A stretch of 64,000 nucleotides of DNA, from NCBI GenBank assembly GCA_964016885.1, contig OZ024753.1, positions 13,392,001-13,456,000 on the forward strand. Reading direction: 5' to 3'. A program made the translations under genes and the position numbers. The notes beneath the pieces were generated by a model that did not search any database, was not told where the DNA came from, and saw only the letters and a program-made list of their open reading frames with translations. Every line of letters begins with the position of its first letter. Position 1 is the first letter of the stretch. Positions 1 to 12,595 of this stretch are shown piece by piece. This DNA comes from Eledone cirrhosa (taxonomy: Eukaryota).

Positions 1-2220
1 TCACCAAACTATTAGCAGTGGTCCACCTCACAGCCATACAGATAAAGAGATTTCACCAAACTATTAGCACTGATCCACCTCACAGCTGTACAGATAAAGA
101 AACTTCACCAAACTACTAGCACTGGTCCACCTCACAGCTGTACAGATAAAGAAACTTCACCAAACTACTAGCACTGGTCCACCTCACAGCTGTACAGATA
201 AAGAAACTTCACCAAACTACTAGCAGTGGTCCACCTCACAGCTGTACAGATAAAGAAACTTCAAACTATTAACACTGGTCCACCTCACAGCCGTACAGAT
301 AAAGAAACTTCACCAAACTATTAGCAGTGGTCCACCTCACAGCCGTACAGATAAAGAAACTTCACCAAACTACTAGCAGTGGTCCACCTTACAGCCGTAC
401 AGATAAAGAAACTTCACCAAACTATTAGCAGTGGTCCACTTCACAGCTGTACAGATAAAGAAACTTCAAACTATTAGCCGTGGTCCACCTCACAGCCGTA
501 CAGATAAAGAAACTTCACCAAACTATTAGCAGTGGTTTCCTCACAGCTGTACAGATAAAGAAACTTCACCAAACAATTAGCAGTGGGCCACCTCACAGCT
601 GTACAGATAAAGAAACTTCACCAAACAATTAGCAGTGGGCCACCTCACAGCTGTACAGATAAAGAAACGTCACCAAACTATTAGCAGTGGTCCACCTCAC
701 AGCTGTACAGATAAAGAAACGTCACCAAACTATTAGCAGTGGTCCACCTAATAGCTGTACAGATAAAGAAACTTCACCAAACTACTAGCACTGGTCCACC
801 TCACAGCTGTACAGATAAAGAAACTTCACCAAACTATTAGCAGTGGTCCACCTCACAGCTGTACAGATAAAGAGACTTCACCAAACTACTAGCAGTGGTC
901 CACCTCACAACCGTACAGATAAAGAAACTTCAAACTATTAGCAGTGGTCCACCTCACAGCCATACAGATAAAGAGATTTCACCAAACTATTAGCACTGAT
1001 CCACCTCACAGCTGTACAGATAAAGAAACTTCACCAAACTATTAGCACTGGTCCACCTCACAGCCGTACAGATAAAGAGACTTCACCAAACTATTAGCCG
1101 TGGTCCACCTCACATCTGTACAGATAAAGAAACTTCACCAAACTATTAGCAGTGGTCCACCTCACAGCCGTTCAGATAAAGAGACTTCACCAAACTATTA
1201 GCCGTGGTCCACCTCACAGCTGTACAGATAAAGAAACTTCACCAAACTATTAGCAGTGGGCCACCTCACAGCTGTACAGATAAAGAGACTTCACCAAACT
1301 ATTAGCAGTGGGCCACCTCACAGCTGTACAGATAAAGAAACTTCACCAAACTATTAGCAGTGGGCCACCTCACAGCTGTACAGATAAAGAAACTTCACCA
1401 AACTATTAGCCGTGGTCCACCTCACAGCTGTACAGATAAAGAAACTTCACCAAACTATTAGCAGTGGGCCACCTCACAGCCGTACAGATAAAGAAACTTC
1501 ACCAAACTACTAGCAGTGGTCCACCTCACAGCTGTACAGATAAAGAAACTTCACCAAACTACTAGCACTGGTCCACCTCACAGCCGTACAGATAAAGAAA
1601 CTTCACCAAACTATTAGCCGTGGTCCACCTCACAGCTGTACAGATAAAGAAACTTCACCAAACTACTAGCACTGGTCCACCTCACAGCTGTACAGATAAA
1701 GAAACTTCACCAAACTATTAGCAGTGGTCCACCTCACAACCGTACAGATAAAGAAACTACACCAAACTATTAGCAGTGGTCCACCTCACAGCTGTACAGA
1801 TAAAGAGACTTCACCAAACTATTAGCACTGGTCCACCTCACAGCTGTACAGATAAAGAAACTTCACCAAACTACTAGCACTGGTCCACCTCACAGCTGTA
1901 CAGATAAAGAGACTTCACCAAACTATTAGCAGTGGTCCACCTCACAACCGTACAGATAAAGAAACTACACCAAACTATTAGCAGTGGTCCACCTCACAGC
2001 TGTACAGATAAAGAGACTTCACCAAACTATTAGCACTGGTCCACCTCACAGCTGTACAGATAAAGAAACTTCACCAAACTACTAGCACTGGTCCACCTCA
2101 CAGCTGTACAGATAAAGAATCTTCACCAAACTATTAGCAGTCATCCAATTCATAGCTGCACAGATAAAGAAACTTCACCAAACTATTAGTAGTGTCCACC
2201 TCATAACCGTACAGATCCAG
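1..2220. repeat. 52-bp minisatellite (~43 copies, runs off the left edge)
   Basis: Unit TCACCAAACTATTAGCAGTGGTCCACCTCACAGCTGTACAGATAAAGAAACT recurs every 52 nt, with occasional 49-nt variants. Confidence 0.97.
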
Positions 2221-2359
2221 AAATTTCTACTTAAAGGGTGTACAATGAAACATATCCTATTTAAACAATATAACACTTCAGCTATTTCTAGATGCATTAA
2301 CTTGATGAATATGAAATGAATGAAAATGAAAATACATCTTAGCTAATGTTTTTGTATTT

Positions 2360-2859
2360 TTAACCCTTTAACATTCATATTACTCTATATATACTATTAT
2401 ATTTTCATGGTAAAGGCTTTACCTCATAATATCTCACATAACATTTACATTACTCTATATATACTATTATATTTTCATGGTAAAGGCTTTCCCTCACAAT
2501 TATCTCACATAACATTCACATTACTCTATATATACTATTATATCTCATGGTAAAGGCTTTACCTCACATAATATCTCGCATAACATTCACATTACTCTAT
2601 ATATACTATTATATCTCATGGTAAAGGCTTTCCCTCACAATTATCTCACATAACATTCACATTACTCTATATATACTATTATATTTTCATGGTAAATGCT
2701 TTACCTCGCATAATTATCTCTCATAATATCGAATCCATGAGATTTTGAAAGTATCTATTTTGAGAACAATACCTTAACATCAGTTTGAGCGACCAGTTAC
2801 AACCAGTTTCAACAGAAAGAGGTAGAGAATTCTGGCCGGTTTGAACATTAAACGGTTAA
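2360..2859. mobile_element. piggyBac-like MITE with internally amplified ~62-bp unit
   Basis: Ends TTAA|CCCTTTAACATT...ATTAAACGG|TTAA. Related copies at 8388-8948, 21761-21975 and a partial one at 9626-9705. Internal unit repeated about 5-6 times at 2371-2730. Confidence 0.7.
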
Positions 2860-2914
2860 AGGAGATTTTCCTTTGTATAAAGAGTTGTGATGTTTTAACA
2901 GAAAATAAACTGAC

Positions 2915-2989
2915 GTCACCAGTGATGCCGTTATGTTTGTGGGGTCGTGCTAACTTTGATTTAAAAGGAGTCCGTTTCAACGCCGCCAT
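2915..2989 (-). CDS. Probable first coding exon of an unidentified gene (MAALKRTPFKSKLARPHKHNGITGD) continuing left of the window
   Basis: ATGGCGGCG start in a locally CpG-rich patch; 25 codons, then donor-like GAC|GTCAGT. Confidence 0.5.
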
Positions 2990-3189
2990 TAACAGTTTCA
3001 GCTTTATATGTATTATTTTCTGATATTTTCACTAATTTCGTTGAAAACACACAATAAATAAATAAATATTGTAAAAAAAAAAAAAGCACCGAGTGTTGTA
3101 AGCTTCTTTTAGCGTTCCCACGACACACACACGCACGCGGGCACTTGTTTCCCTAGATACACACACACATGTTTTCTAAAATAACCGAG

Positions 3190-3421
3190 TCTTTTCCAAA
3201 AGGCTTTGTTGGAGAATACCCGTAACTTCAGAAAAATACTATCTTGCTTTTCAACCATTTCATTGCTGTGAATTTACCTTCTCTTACCTAACCAAAATCA
3301 AAACAACTTTGACATTACAAATGGCGGATGCTCATCTCGAGGCTCAGTTGAAACTTCGGATCATGTTGCATCCAAATATCAAAATACTTTCCTTCAACAT
3401 GCAGTCACAACAAAATCATTA
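3190..3421 (+). mobile_element. Decayed hAT (Charlie/GTF2IRD2-like) transposase C-terminus
   Basis: Translates HCCEFTFSYLTKIKTTLTLQMADAHLEAQLKLRIMLHPNIKILSFNMQSQQNH*, fitting the hAT dimerisation end CExxFSxxxxIK...L.D.HL...LR...P.I...Q.Q..H*. Confidence 0.65.
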
Positions 3422-3519
3422 AAACGTAGTTAGCGTCAATTTTTTTTTTTTTTCGATTTTTAGATGATTAGTACATAGTGATTTGATTTTTACAAAATTT
3501 AGATTTTGAAAACAATGAT

Positions 3520-3725
3520 AATGAAAATTGTGTTCAGGTGCACTACAACTCATCAAAAGTGTATGTATAGTACCTAGAATAATATACAATGTCAGGAAAG
3601 TGAACACAGTGTATGAGTCATGAGACACGCTGACACATACACACACATAGTCCGTGTGTATGGAGGAGGAATATCGGGTGTAGTGTTTGCGAATTTCTGG
3701 AAACATGGAAGTTTTGAAGGATGAA
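3520..3725 (-). mobile_element. 3' end of CR1/L2-like LINE
   Basis: Reverse complement of the LINE tail at about 16640-16840 (shared GTGCACTACAACTCATCAAAAGTGTATGTATAG). Confidence 0.75.
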
Positions 3726-4214
3726 GTAATAATTTATCTTAGGATAAAGAAGACGAATTGATACTAAATTTGAGCAACAAATTTATATAATCTAATTTTT
3801 TAATAATATGTAAACAAAAACGAAATATATGGAAAAGAAAAAAAATTGTAACAAATTAAAATTTTAATAAATCCTAAAAAAAGAATTAAATTATCATAGT
3901 TATCTCGCACCCCCTGGAATGCTATTTCGCACCCCCCAGAGGGTTAGAGTGTAATCTGGAGTAAAATTTACATTGTGTACAATATAAATTTGATCGCAGA
4001 GTAGATAATGAAAGACAACGATTTAATCAGGTGTATATAACTAAATGTATTGAATAAAGTTACACAAACCTTTAACACTGTCTCGTTCACCAAAATAAAC
4101 TATTATTTTATCGTCGTTAACCTTCTGAACAATATCTTACATGGAAAACCAAATGTTTTCTCCACTTTAGGTCTGTTTGAATTCTGGTCATATTGACAAG
4201 ACCGTTAAGAATGG

Positions 4215-4500
4215 TTTCTGGTTTAGGCACAAGGCCAGCAATTTGGGGGGAGAGTAAAGGTCATTAAATCAACTCAGTGCGTTACTGGTATTTTATTTTA
4301 TTGACCTGGTAAGGATGAAAGACAAAGCTAACCTCGGCAGGATTGAAACTCAGACTCTAAAGGGATGTAACTCTTTGCTGCAAATCATATTGAGTTTAGT
4401 CCCTTTAAATTATCGATCTAAATGCCGTTGAAGTGAGCTTTATTTTCCATCTTTACGGGGTCGATAAAATAAAGTACCAGTAACACACTCAGGTTGATTT
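4215..4500. mobile_element. Two opposed fragments of tRNA-derived SINE family B
   Basis: Match the consensus seen at 28883-29068 (CTTTCATCCTTACGGGGTCGATAAAATAAAGTACCAGTAA; GGCACAAGGCCAGCAATT). Confidence 0.65.
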
Positions 4501-4829
4501 AATCGAATGTAAACACACGACACCACCATTTTCAATGCAGGCGACTTTTATTGAAATGTTAAAATTACTTTGACCAGTTTGACATTTAAGTCTTCAGATG
4601 AACAACAATGCAAACTAGCTGATAAAAAGAAATACAGACCAACCGTTAAATGAAGCGATACCTACCATATTAAAAACAGGAAAACTCCATTGAAAAATGT
4701 CGTCGTAGATATACTAAAAAGTCGGATAGTCACGGCTGGAATGTCTTTCATCATAAGTTTGTTTAATGAGGTTTGGCCTAGGGTTAAAACTCCACGATAA
4801 AGAAATATTTATGAATAACAAAAATCCTA

Positions 4830-5328
4830 TACACGGCCAGTCGTCGGTGAACGGTAGTTTTGACAGTAAATGAGGTGGTAGGGTTGCCACACACTTCAGG
4901 CTTCTTCTTCTTCTTCTTCCTTCTCGTCTCGTTCGCGCAGGCGTAGAAAGGGGGGGTGGAGATTTGTGCGCGTGCGCGTGCGTGCGGCATTCCCCTTTCT
5001 CGCTCGACTGTTTCTTTTCGTCGTCCAGTCTCTCGTGTCGGCGGCAGCCACTCACAGTTTTCCCATCAAAGGGCAGAGCAGAGTGGAAGCAATGGCAGTG
5101 ATTTCTTTTACGACATTCAGCTCGTAGTTGGAGCAAACACCATGGCACCACACCTGGAACAACAGCTTTGGGCTCCTCGCTGGCCCGTCGGTTTTTCCTC
5201 CCTGCTGCCTCTCTCAGAGGTGGTGTTGCCATGACATGTGACAGACGATGTACAGTCGACTCTGAACTATGAGTCTGACTGTCTAATTAAAACACATTGC
5301 AAAGCTGACCGAGCGACATAGGAACGAT
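4830..5328 (+). promoter_or_regulatory. CpG-rich promoter and 5' leader with multiple uORFs
   Basis: GC/CpG-rich patch in AT-rich DNA. uORFs at 5092-5127, 5142-5234, 5231-5272, 5236-5241, 5248-5265 and 5269-5286 (MSLTV*). Confidence 0.6.
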
Positions 5329-5390
5329 ATGATTTCTGTCCAGTATTCTGAATGTCAAAGTGTAGAAATTCAACCAAGCACGGCTAAATG
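5329..5390 (+). CDS. Probable first coding exon (MISVQYSECQSVEIQPSTAK); candidate ornithine decarboxylase antizyme ORF1 start
   Basis: ATG at 5329, then two phase-2 donors (G|GTGGGT at 5391, GT|GTAAGT at 5397). Identity rests on recalled similarity of the leader motif ATGAGTCTG..GTCTAA..CACATTGCAAAGCTGACCGAG to invertebrate antizyme mRNAs; the frameshift site is not in the window. Confidence 0.4.
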
Positions 5391-5615
5391 GTGGGTGTAA
5401 GTGTGACTGTTGTGGTTTAAAAGCTTGATTACCCAGTAATGGGATGTGGTGTTGTGGCTGGCATCACCGTTGAAGGATGCATGAGAGGCTTGTTGTCTAC
5501 CAGTTACAGAGGGTCGTACTGTCTCTAAACCAGCATTTGCCTAATACTTTAAATATTTACCTTAGTGCAACAGTATGGATTGACTGAGTCCTAAATCACA
5601 CTTGTGCTTGGATTT

Positions 5616-5868
5616 TATACCTGTAGGGCTTGGGTTTCATACCTGTAGGGTTGGCTCTCATACCTGTAGGGTTGGATCTCATACCTGTAGGGCTTGGCTC
5701 TCATACCTGTAGGGTTGGATCTCATACCTGTAGGGCTTGGCTCTCATACCTGTAGGGTTGGATCTCATACCTGTAGGGTTGGCTCTCATACCTGTAGGGT
5801 TGGATCTCATACCTGTAGGGCTTGGCTCTCATACCTGTAGGGCTTGGCTCTCATACCTGTAGGGCTTG
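5616..5868. repeat. 21-22-bp minisatellite
   Basis: CTCATACCTGTAGGG(C)TTGG(A/C)T repeated about 12 times. Confidence 0.92.
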
Positions 5869-5994
5869 AGTGCTACCACAAGCAGGATGGAATATAGTCG
5901 GAGTCCTCCTGTTATTCTTCCCAGGACCCTAAGACCCTAGCTTATGGGCCTTGTAGTGAGCAGGTCATTATTACTAACTTCTGACATTAGTAAT

Positions 5995-6252
5995 ACTAAT
6001 GGATGCTCATAGAAGATAACTGTTGGGTAAAGAAGTGCCAAGAAATCCTGGTGGAAGGAAATCGCAGTAGAGGAAGACCACAAAAAACATGGGCAGAGAT
6101 GGGCAGAGAGCTGACATCAGATTGCTGAAGCTCACAGAGGAGATGATGAAGGACCGTCCGTGACGAATGGAGAGATGCTGTGCTGAATAGGACCCGTCCC
6201 ACCCTTACAAGCAGGGAAAAGCAGACATAAAATGATGATGATGATGATGATG
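5995..6252 (+). mobile_element. 3' end of RTE-type LINE with (ATG)n tail
   Basis: WVKKCQEILVEGNRSRGRP-type RTE C-terminus, then CAAGCAGGGAAAAGCAGACATAAAATGATGATG; similar to 49730-49935. Confidence 0.75.
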
Positions 6253-6264
6253 AATGGATTTCCA

Positions 6265-6660
6265 GTGGAGGCACATGGCTTAGTGGTTAGAGCATTGGCC
6301 TTGCAATCGAAAGGTTGTGAGTTCAATTCTCAGACCGGCTGATGTGTTGTTTCCTTGAGCAAGACACTTTATTTCACATTGCTCCAGTTTGCTCAGCTGT
6401 AGAAATGAGATGATAGGGACTGGGGTCCCTATCATTCCACTGCAAAGTGGTCGTGGAGGTGCCACGGCAAAAAGGCACCCAGCCCACACTGCAAAGTGGA
6501 CGTGTAGGCACCACGGAAAAAAAGCACCCAGCACTCACTGTAAATGAGGTTGGTGTTAGGGAGGGCATCCAGCTGTAGAAATCAAGCCAGAATCAGTTCC
6601 CGTCCCACCCTTGCAAGCAGGGAAAAGCGGACGTAAAATGATGATGATGATGATGATGAT
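6265..6660 (+). mobile_element. tRNA-derived SINE family A, full length
   Basis: Head GGAGGCACATGGCTTAGTGGTTAGAGC (A box) and GAGTTCAATTC (B box); tail shared with the RTE LINE; many copies in the window. Confidence 0.85.
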
Positions 6661-7066
6661 GCCAGCAGGTTATTGTCTATTTTTTGGTTATGTTTTGGAA
6701 GTCACTTTTGAAGGCAAGAAAATTAGGTGAAGTAAGAGGTGAAGTTGAGTGGAGTAGTGAGAGATGAGGTTGAGTGAAGTAGAGAGAGAGGTGAAGTTGA
6801 GTGGAGAGGAAGTAAGTTGAGGAAGACAAACAAGAACCAGAGATGTTACATTAGAAAAATATTTATTAGAGCCAATATATTTCCAAAGTATGGTCCATTA
6901 TGAGAGGATCCAATGGGAGTGTTGGAGAATGAGGAACCTTTCTAGGCTTTTGTGTGGCTCATTTTCCACAATGCTTCAAACAAACTACAATATTTAATAA
7001 AAGACAGAGTTTCAAAAAGGTGGTACAATGCTGGAAAAATATGCAATGGATGACAAACAAAGTAAT

Positions 7067-7142
7067 GTTGTTACCAAGTATTTCAACATGATATTTCAGG
7101 GCTATAGTCCTGAAATATCATGTTGAAATACTGGGTAACAAC
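7067..7142. repeat. Near-perfect 76-bp palindrome
   Basis: GTTGTTACCAAGTATTTCAACATGATATTTCAGGGCTA|TAGTCCTGAAATATCATGTTGAAATACTGGGTAACAAC. Confidence 0.85.
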
Positions 7143-7289
7143 TCTTTTCAAATGTAAAACAGAAATGGTTCAAAACAAAATCAAATAATCGATTTGTTCT
7201 TCTTTAACTGATCTATGTCTTAAATACACGTGCCATAGAAACCAAGCCAAAATCAGTTCTGTGTGAATAAAACACAGTTCTTTGACCTG

Positions 7290-8050
7290 GCTTGTCTAAC
7301 CCATGCTAGTGTGGAAAATGGACGTTAAATGATGATGATGTTGATGATGATGATAGTGATGAAGTCAGTTTTGTTTTGTCATTGTTTAACAACTATCTTC
7401 CACACTAGCATGGGTTAGACAGGAATTGTCTCACTTGAGGCAAGATTGATTAGGTGACCATGTCTCGCTCATATAGGACTGTCTGGCAGGTTTTCTAAAG
7501 ATGGATGCCCTTCCTAACACCAACCACATTTACAGTGTGGACTGGGAGCCTTTTTACCGTTACCTACACGACCACTTTACAGCGTGGACTGGGAGCTTTT
7601 TACATTATTACCTACATGACCACATTACAGGTTGGACTGGGAGCCTTTTTACCGTGTTACCTACACGACCACTTTACAGCGTGGACTGTGTCTTTTTTGT
7701 CGTGACACCTACACGACCTCATTAGTGTGGACTGGATGTTGTGGTACCAACATAACTTTACAGAGAAAGGGTGGTGTGGGTGGGAGTGGGAGGATGGAGT
7801 AGGGGTAGTGGGTTGGGGTGTATATTTGGTTAAGAGGTGCCTACTGACTGTAGGTTTAACTTTGTACTTAAGAGAAGGCGGGTCTTCTGTATTACTGCAT
7901 AGCACCAAAGATCTCGATCCAATGACATTGTCTTAGAGAGGTGTAAGTGTGCAAGGTCGGATTTTATCATGTCGTCCAAGGTTTTTCTGGGTCTACCTAC
8001 TCCGTAACTTCCATCAATTTTGATCACCCTGCACTTTTTTATACAGCTTC
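7290..8050 (-). mobile_element. RTE LINE 3' end with SINE-A-like tail
   Basis: CIKKCRVIKIDGSYGVGRPRKTLDDMIKSDL is an RTE C-terminus; same arrangement at 57010-57990. Confidence 0.7.
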
Positions 8051-8189
8051 CTAAATATTTTTTCAACAGTCTCAGCTTATAAAATCTTTCTCTCTCCAAA
8101 AAAAAGAAGCAAAAAATCTCAACAACAATAGATGTTTTGTTAATTTAATATAATTAAAATTGTAAAAAAAAGTGAAAAAAATATGCATC

Positions 8190-8349
8190 TCAGGATTTTG
8201 GTTTTGTTTCTTGATCAGTGACATTACGGATGAATACAGCGTCTTCAAGGTATTCCTTCATTTCATCAGATTCAAACATATATGAAGAGGCTATGGCAAG
8301 GGTGCTACCATCATGACTGAAAGCCAATGAAGATATACTTGTTGGATAT
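8190..8349 (-). CDS. BUB3: BUB3 coding exon 6 (last)
   Basis: Acceptor TTTTTCAG; (K)YPTSISSLAFSHDGSTLAIASSYMFESDEMKEYLEDAVFIRNVTDQETKPKS*; TGA at 8190-8192. Confidence 0.93.
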
Positions 8350-8387
8350 CTGAAAAACAATAAAAATATTTACTTTAGATTTTTTGT

Positions 8388-8948
8388 TTAACCCTTTAAC
8401 ATTTAAACCGGCCGTATCTGGCCAGAATCTTCTTACCTCTTTCTATTCAAATCGGCTGTAACCAGCTGCTCATACTTATGTTAGGGTATTGTTCTCAAAA
8501 TAAATAATTAATTCTACTTTTAGCACAAGGCTAGCTATCTACCTAGCTCTCTCTATATCAATACATTATAAAATATATATCAATAATTGTTTTTACTTTT
8601 TGGCACAAGACCAGCAATTACCCCAGTACATTACTGGTGCTTCATTTTACCGACCTCGTAAGGATGAAAGGCAAAATTAACCTTGGTGGGATTTGAACTC
8701 AGATCGTAAAGGGCCATAACTCTATGCTGCAAAGCAAGGCGTCCGACCTTCTACCGATACTGCCAATCCACAAAATCTCATAGCTTCGATATTATGTGAG
8801 ATAATTATATGAAGTAAAGCCTTTACTGTGAAAATACAATAGTATATATAGAGTAATGTAAATGTTATGTGAGATATTATGTGAGGTAAAGCCTTTACTG
8901 TGAAAATACAATAGTATATATAGAATAATGTAAATGCTAAAGAGTTAA
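8388..8948. mobile_element. piggyBac-like MITE with nested SINE B (8585-8770)
   Basis: TTAACCCTTTAACATT...AATGCTAAAGAGTTAA; inverted relative to 2360-2859. Confidence 0.7.
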
Positions 8949-9288
8949 GCATTTGAATTCATTTATACAAGCTTTTGCTGTCATGCACTTATATAGTGAG
9001 AACTATCAGTAGTCCAAAGCACAGCTATTAATCTATTAACTAGTCTTGAAAATTTGATCTACAAATGTAGGATGAAAAAGTTCATAGATTGACTAGGAAG
9101 GATTGATGCTAGAGATGTGAAATTTTGCATGCATTAATTTCAACCTCATTTGGTCATTCCATGAGAGTATCTTGGTCAGCCTATGAACTTTTCAGCTGAC
9201 CTCGTATAATAGTTTTATGTTTTAACCTGTAAACTAAAAGTAGAATTATTTAAAATGGCAATCTGCATAAAATTTTGTAAGAACTTAC

Positions 9289-9508
9289 TTATGAAACTGA
9301 CAGAGTCTTTTCTTGTGGAAGCCATCCCAGATATTTACAAACCCATCAGACCCACCAGTTGCAAATGTGTTATGAGTGTTGTGGAATGCAATGGAATTCA
9401 CAGGATAAATTTTCTCAACGCCATTTTCTTTAATTCGATGGCACTTGAAAGCATATTTCTTCTTCTGGACTTCAGGACTAGGATCAAGGTATTCTACAGC
9501 GACTCGGC
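9289..9508 (-). CDS. BUB3: BUB3 coding exon 5
   Basis: [25 protein letters not shown]...YPVNSIAFH...[25 protein letters not shown]; AG and GTAAGT boundaries, phases consistent. Confidence 0.97.
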
Positions 9509-9705
9509 CTAACAAAAAGATCAGGTAAAGTTTATGTTAAAAAATATGTATTAACCAGTTACTAACAAAACTCACTGAAACAGAATTAAATTTCACGCAT
9601 ACGTTATTTCAGACATGTTGGTCAGTTAACCCCTTAGCATTTACATTACTCTATATTTATTATTGTATTTTCACAGTAAAGGTTTTATCTCACATAATAT
9701 CGAAT

Positions 9706-12560
9706 CTATCTTACCTCCACACTACTGAAATATGGACTAACTTACCTCCACACTATTGAAATATGGACTAACTTACCTCCACACTATTGAAATATGGACT
9801 CTCTTACCTCCACACTATTGAAATATGGACTAACTTACCACCACACTATTGAAATATGGACTATCTTACCACCACACTACTGAAATATGGACTATCTTAC
9901 CTCCACACTACTGAAATATGGACTAACTTACCACCACACTACTGAAATATGGACTATCTTACTTCCACACTACTGAAATATGAAATATCTTACTTCCACA
10001 CTACTGAAATATGGACTATCTTACTTCCACACTACTGAAATATGGACTATCTTACTTCCACACTACTGAAATATGGACTAACTTACCACCACACTAATGA
10101 AATATGGACTATCTTACTTCCACACTACTGAAATATGGACTATCTTACCACCACACTACTGAAATATGGACTATCTTACCTCCACACTACTGAAATATGG
10201 ACTAACTTACCACCACATTACTGAAATATGGACTATCTTACTTCCACACTACTGAAATATGGACTATCTTACTTCCACACTACTGAAATATGGACTATCT
10301 TACTTCCACACTACTTAAATATGGACTAACTTACCACCACACTACTGAAATATGGACTATCTTACTTCCACACTACTGAAATATGGACTATCTTACCACC
10401 ACACTACTGAAATATGGACTATCTTACCTCCACACTACTGAAATATGGACTAACTTACCACCACATTACTGAAATATGGACTATCTTACTTCCACACTAC
10501 TGAAATATGGACTATCTTACTTCCACACTACTGAAATATGGATTATCTTACTTCCACACTATTGAAATATGGACTAACTTACTTCCACACTACTGAAATA
10601 TGGACTATCTTACCACCACACTACTGAAATATGGACTATCTTACCTCCACACTACTGAAATATGGACTAACTTACCACCACATTACTGAAATATGGACTA
10701 TCTTACTTCCACACTACTGAAATATGGACTATCTTACTTCCACACTATTGAAATATGGACTAACTTACCACCACACGACTGAAATATGGACTATCTTACT
10801 TCCACACTACTGAAATATGGACTAACTTACCACCACACTACTGAAATATGGACTATCTTACTTCCACACTATTGAAATATGGACTAACTTACCACCACAC
10901 TACTGAAATATGGACTATCTTACTTCCACACTACTGAAATATGGACTAACTTACCACCACACTACTGAAATATGAAATATCTTACTTCCACACTACTGAA
11001 ATATGAACTATCTTACTTCCACACTACTGAAATATGGACTAACTTACCACCACACTACTGAAATATGAAATATCTTACTTCCACACTACTGAAATATGAA
11101 CTATCTTACTTCCACACTACTGAAATATGGACTAACTTACCACCACACTACTGAAATATGGACTATCTTACTTCCACACTACTGAAATATGGACTAACTT
11201 ACCACCACACTACTGAAATATGGACTAACTTACCACCACACTACTGAAATATGGACTAACTTACCACCACACTACTGAAATATGGACTATCTTACCACCA
11301 CACTACTGAAATATGGACTATCTTACCTCCACACTATTGAAATATGGACTACCTTACCTCCACACTACTGAAATATGGACTATCTTACTTCCACACTACT
11401 GAAATATGGACTATCTTACCACCACACTACTGAAATATGGACTATCTTACCTCCACACTATTGAAATATGGACTAACTTACCACCACACTACTGAAATAT
11501 GGACTATCTTACCTCCACACTACTGAAATATGGACTAACTTACCACCACACTACTGAAATATGGACTATCTTACCTCCACACTACTGAAATATGGACTAA
11601 CTTACCACCACACTATTGAAATATGGACTATCTTACTTCCACACGACTGAAATATGGACTAACTTACCACCACACTACTGAAATATGAAATATCTTACTT
11701 CCACACTATTGAAATATGGACTAACTTACCACCACACGACTGAAATATGGACTATCTTACTTCCACACTACTGAAATATGGACTATCTTACTTCCACACT
11801 ACTGAAATATGGACTAACTTACCACCACACTACTGAAATATGGACTAACTTACCACCACACGACTGAAATATGGACTATCTTACCTCCACACTACTGAAA
11901 TATGGACTATCTTACCACCACACGACTGAAATATGGACTATCTTACCTCCACACTACTGAAATATGGACTAACTTACCACCACACGACTGAAATATGGAC
12001 TATCTTACCTCCACACTACTGAAATATGGACTAACTTACCACCACACGACTGAAATATGGACTATCTTACCTCCACACTACTGAAATATGGACTAACTTA
12101 CCACCACACGACTGAAATATGGACTATCTTACCTCCACACTACTGAAATATGGACTATCTTACCTCCACACTACTGAAATATGGACTAACTTACCTCCAT
12201 ACTATTGAAATATGAAATATCTTACCACCACACTACTGAAATATGGACTAACTTACCACCACACTACTGAAATATGGACTATCTTACCACCACATTATTG
12301 AAATATGAACTATCTGACCTCCACACTACTGAAATATGGACTATCTGACCTCCACACTACTGAAATATGGACTATCTTACCACCACACTACTGAAATATG
12401 GACTAACTTACCTCCACACTACTGAAATATGGACTACCTTACCTCCACACTATTGAAATATGGACTATCTTACCACCACACGACTGAAATATGGACTATC
12501 TTACCACCACATTATTGAAATATGGACTATCTGACCACCACACTATTGAAATATGGACTA
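9706..12560. repeat. 31-bp minisatellite (~92 copies) in a BUB3 intron
   Basis: Unit ATCTTACCTCCACACTACTGAAATATGGACT, period 31. Confidence 0.97.
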
Positions 12561-12595
12561 TAGTAGAGAAGAAAAAGAAGGAAAAGAAAGCTGAC

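Noticed and set aside
4714-5232. 172-aa minus-strand ORF
   Set aside because: Antisense to a GC-rich leader with low-complexity runs; no recognisable domain.
6265-6340. tRNA gene
   Set aside because: A/B boxes are the head of a multi-copy SINE; no acceptor stem or terminator seen.
1-12560. 52-bp and 31-bp arrays as CRISPR-like arrays
   Set aside because: No unique spacers, no cas genes, eukaryotic context.
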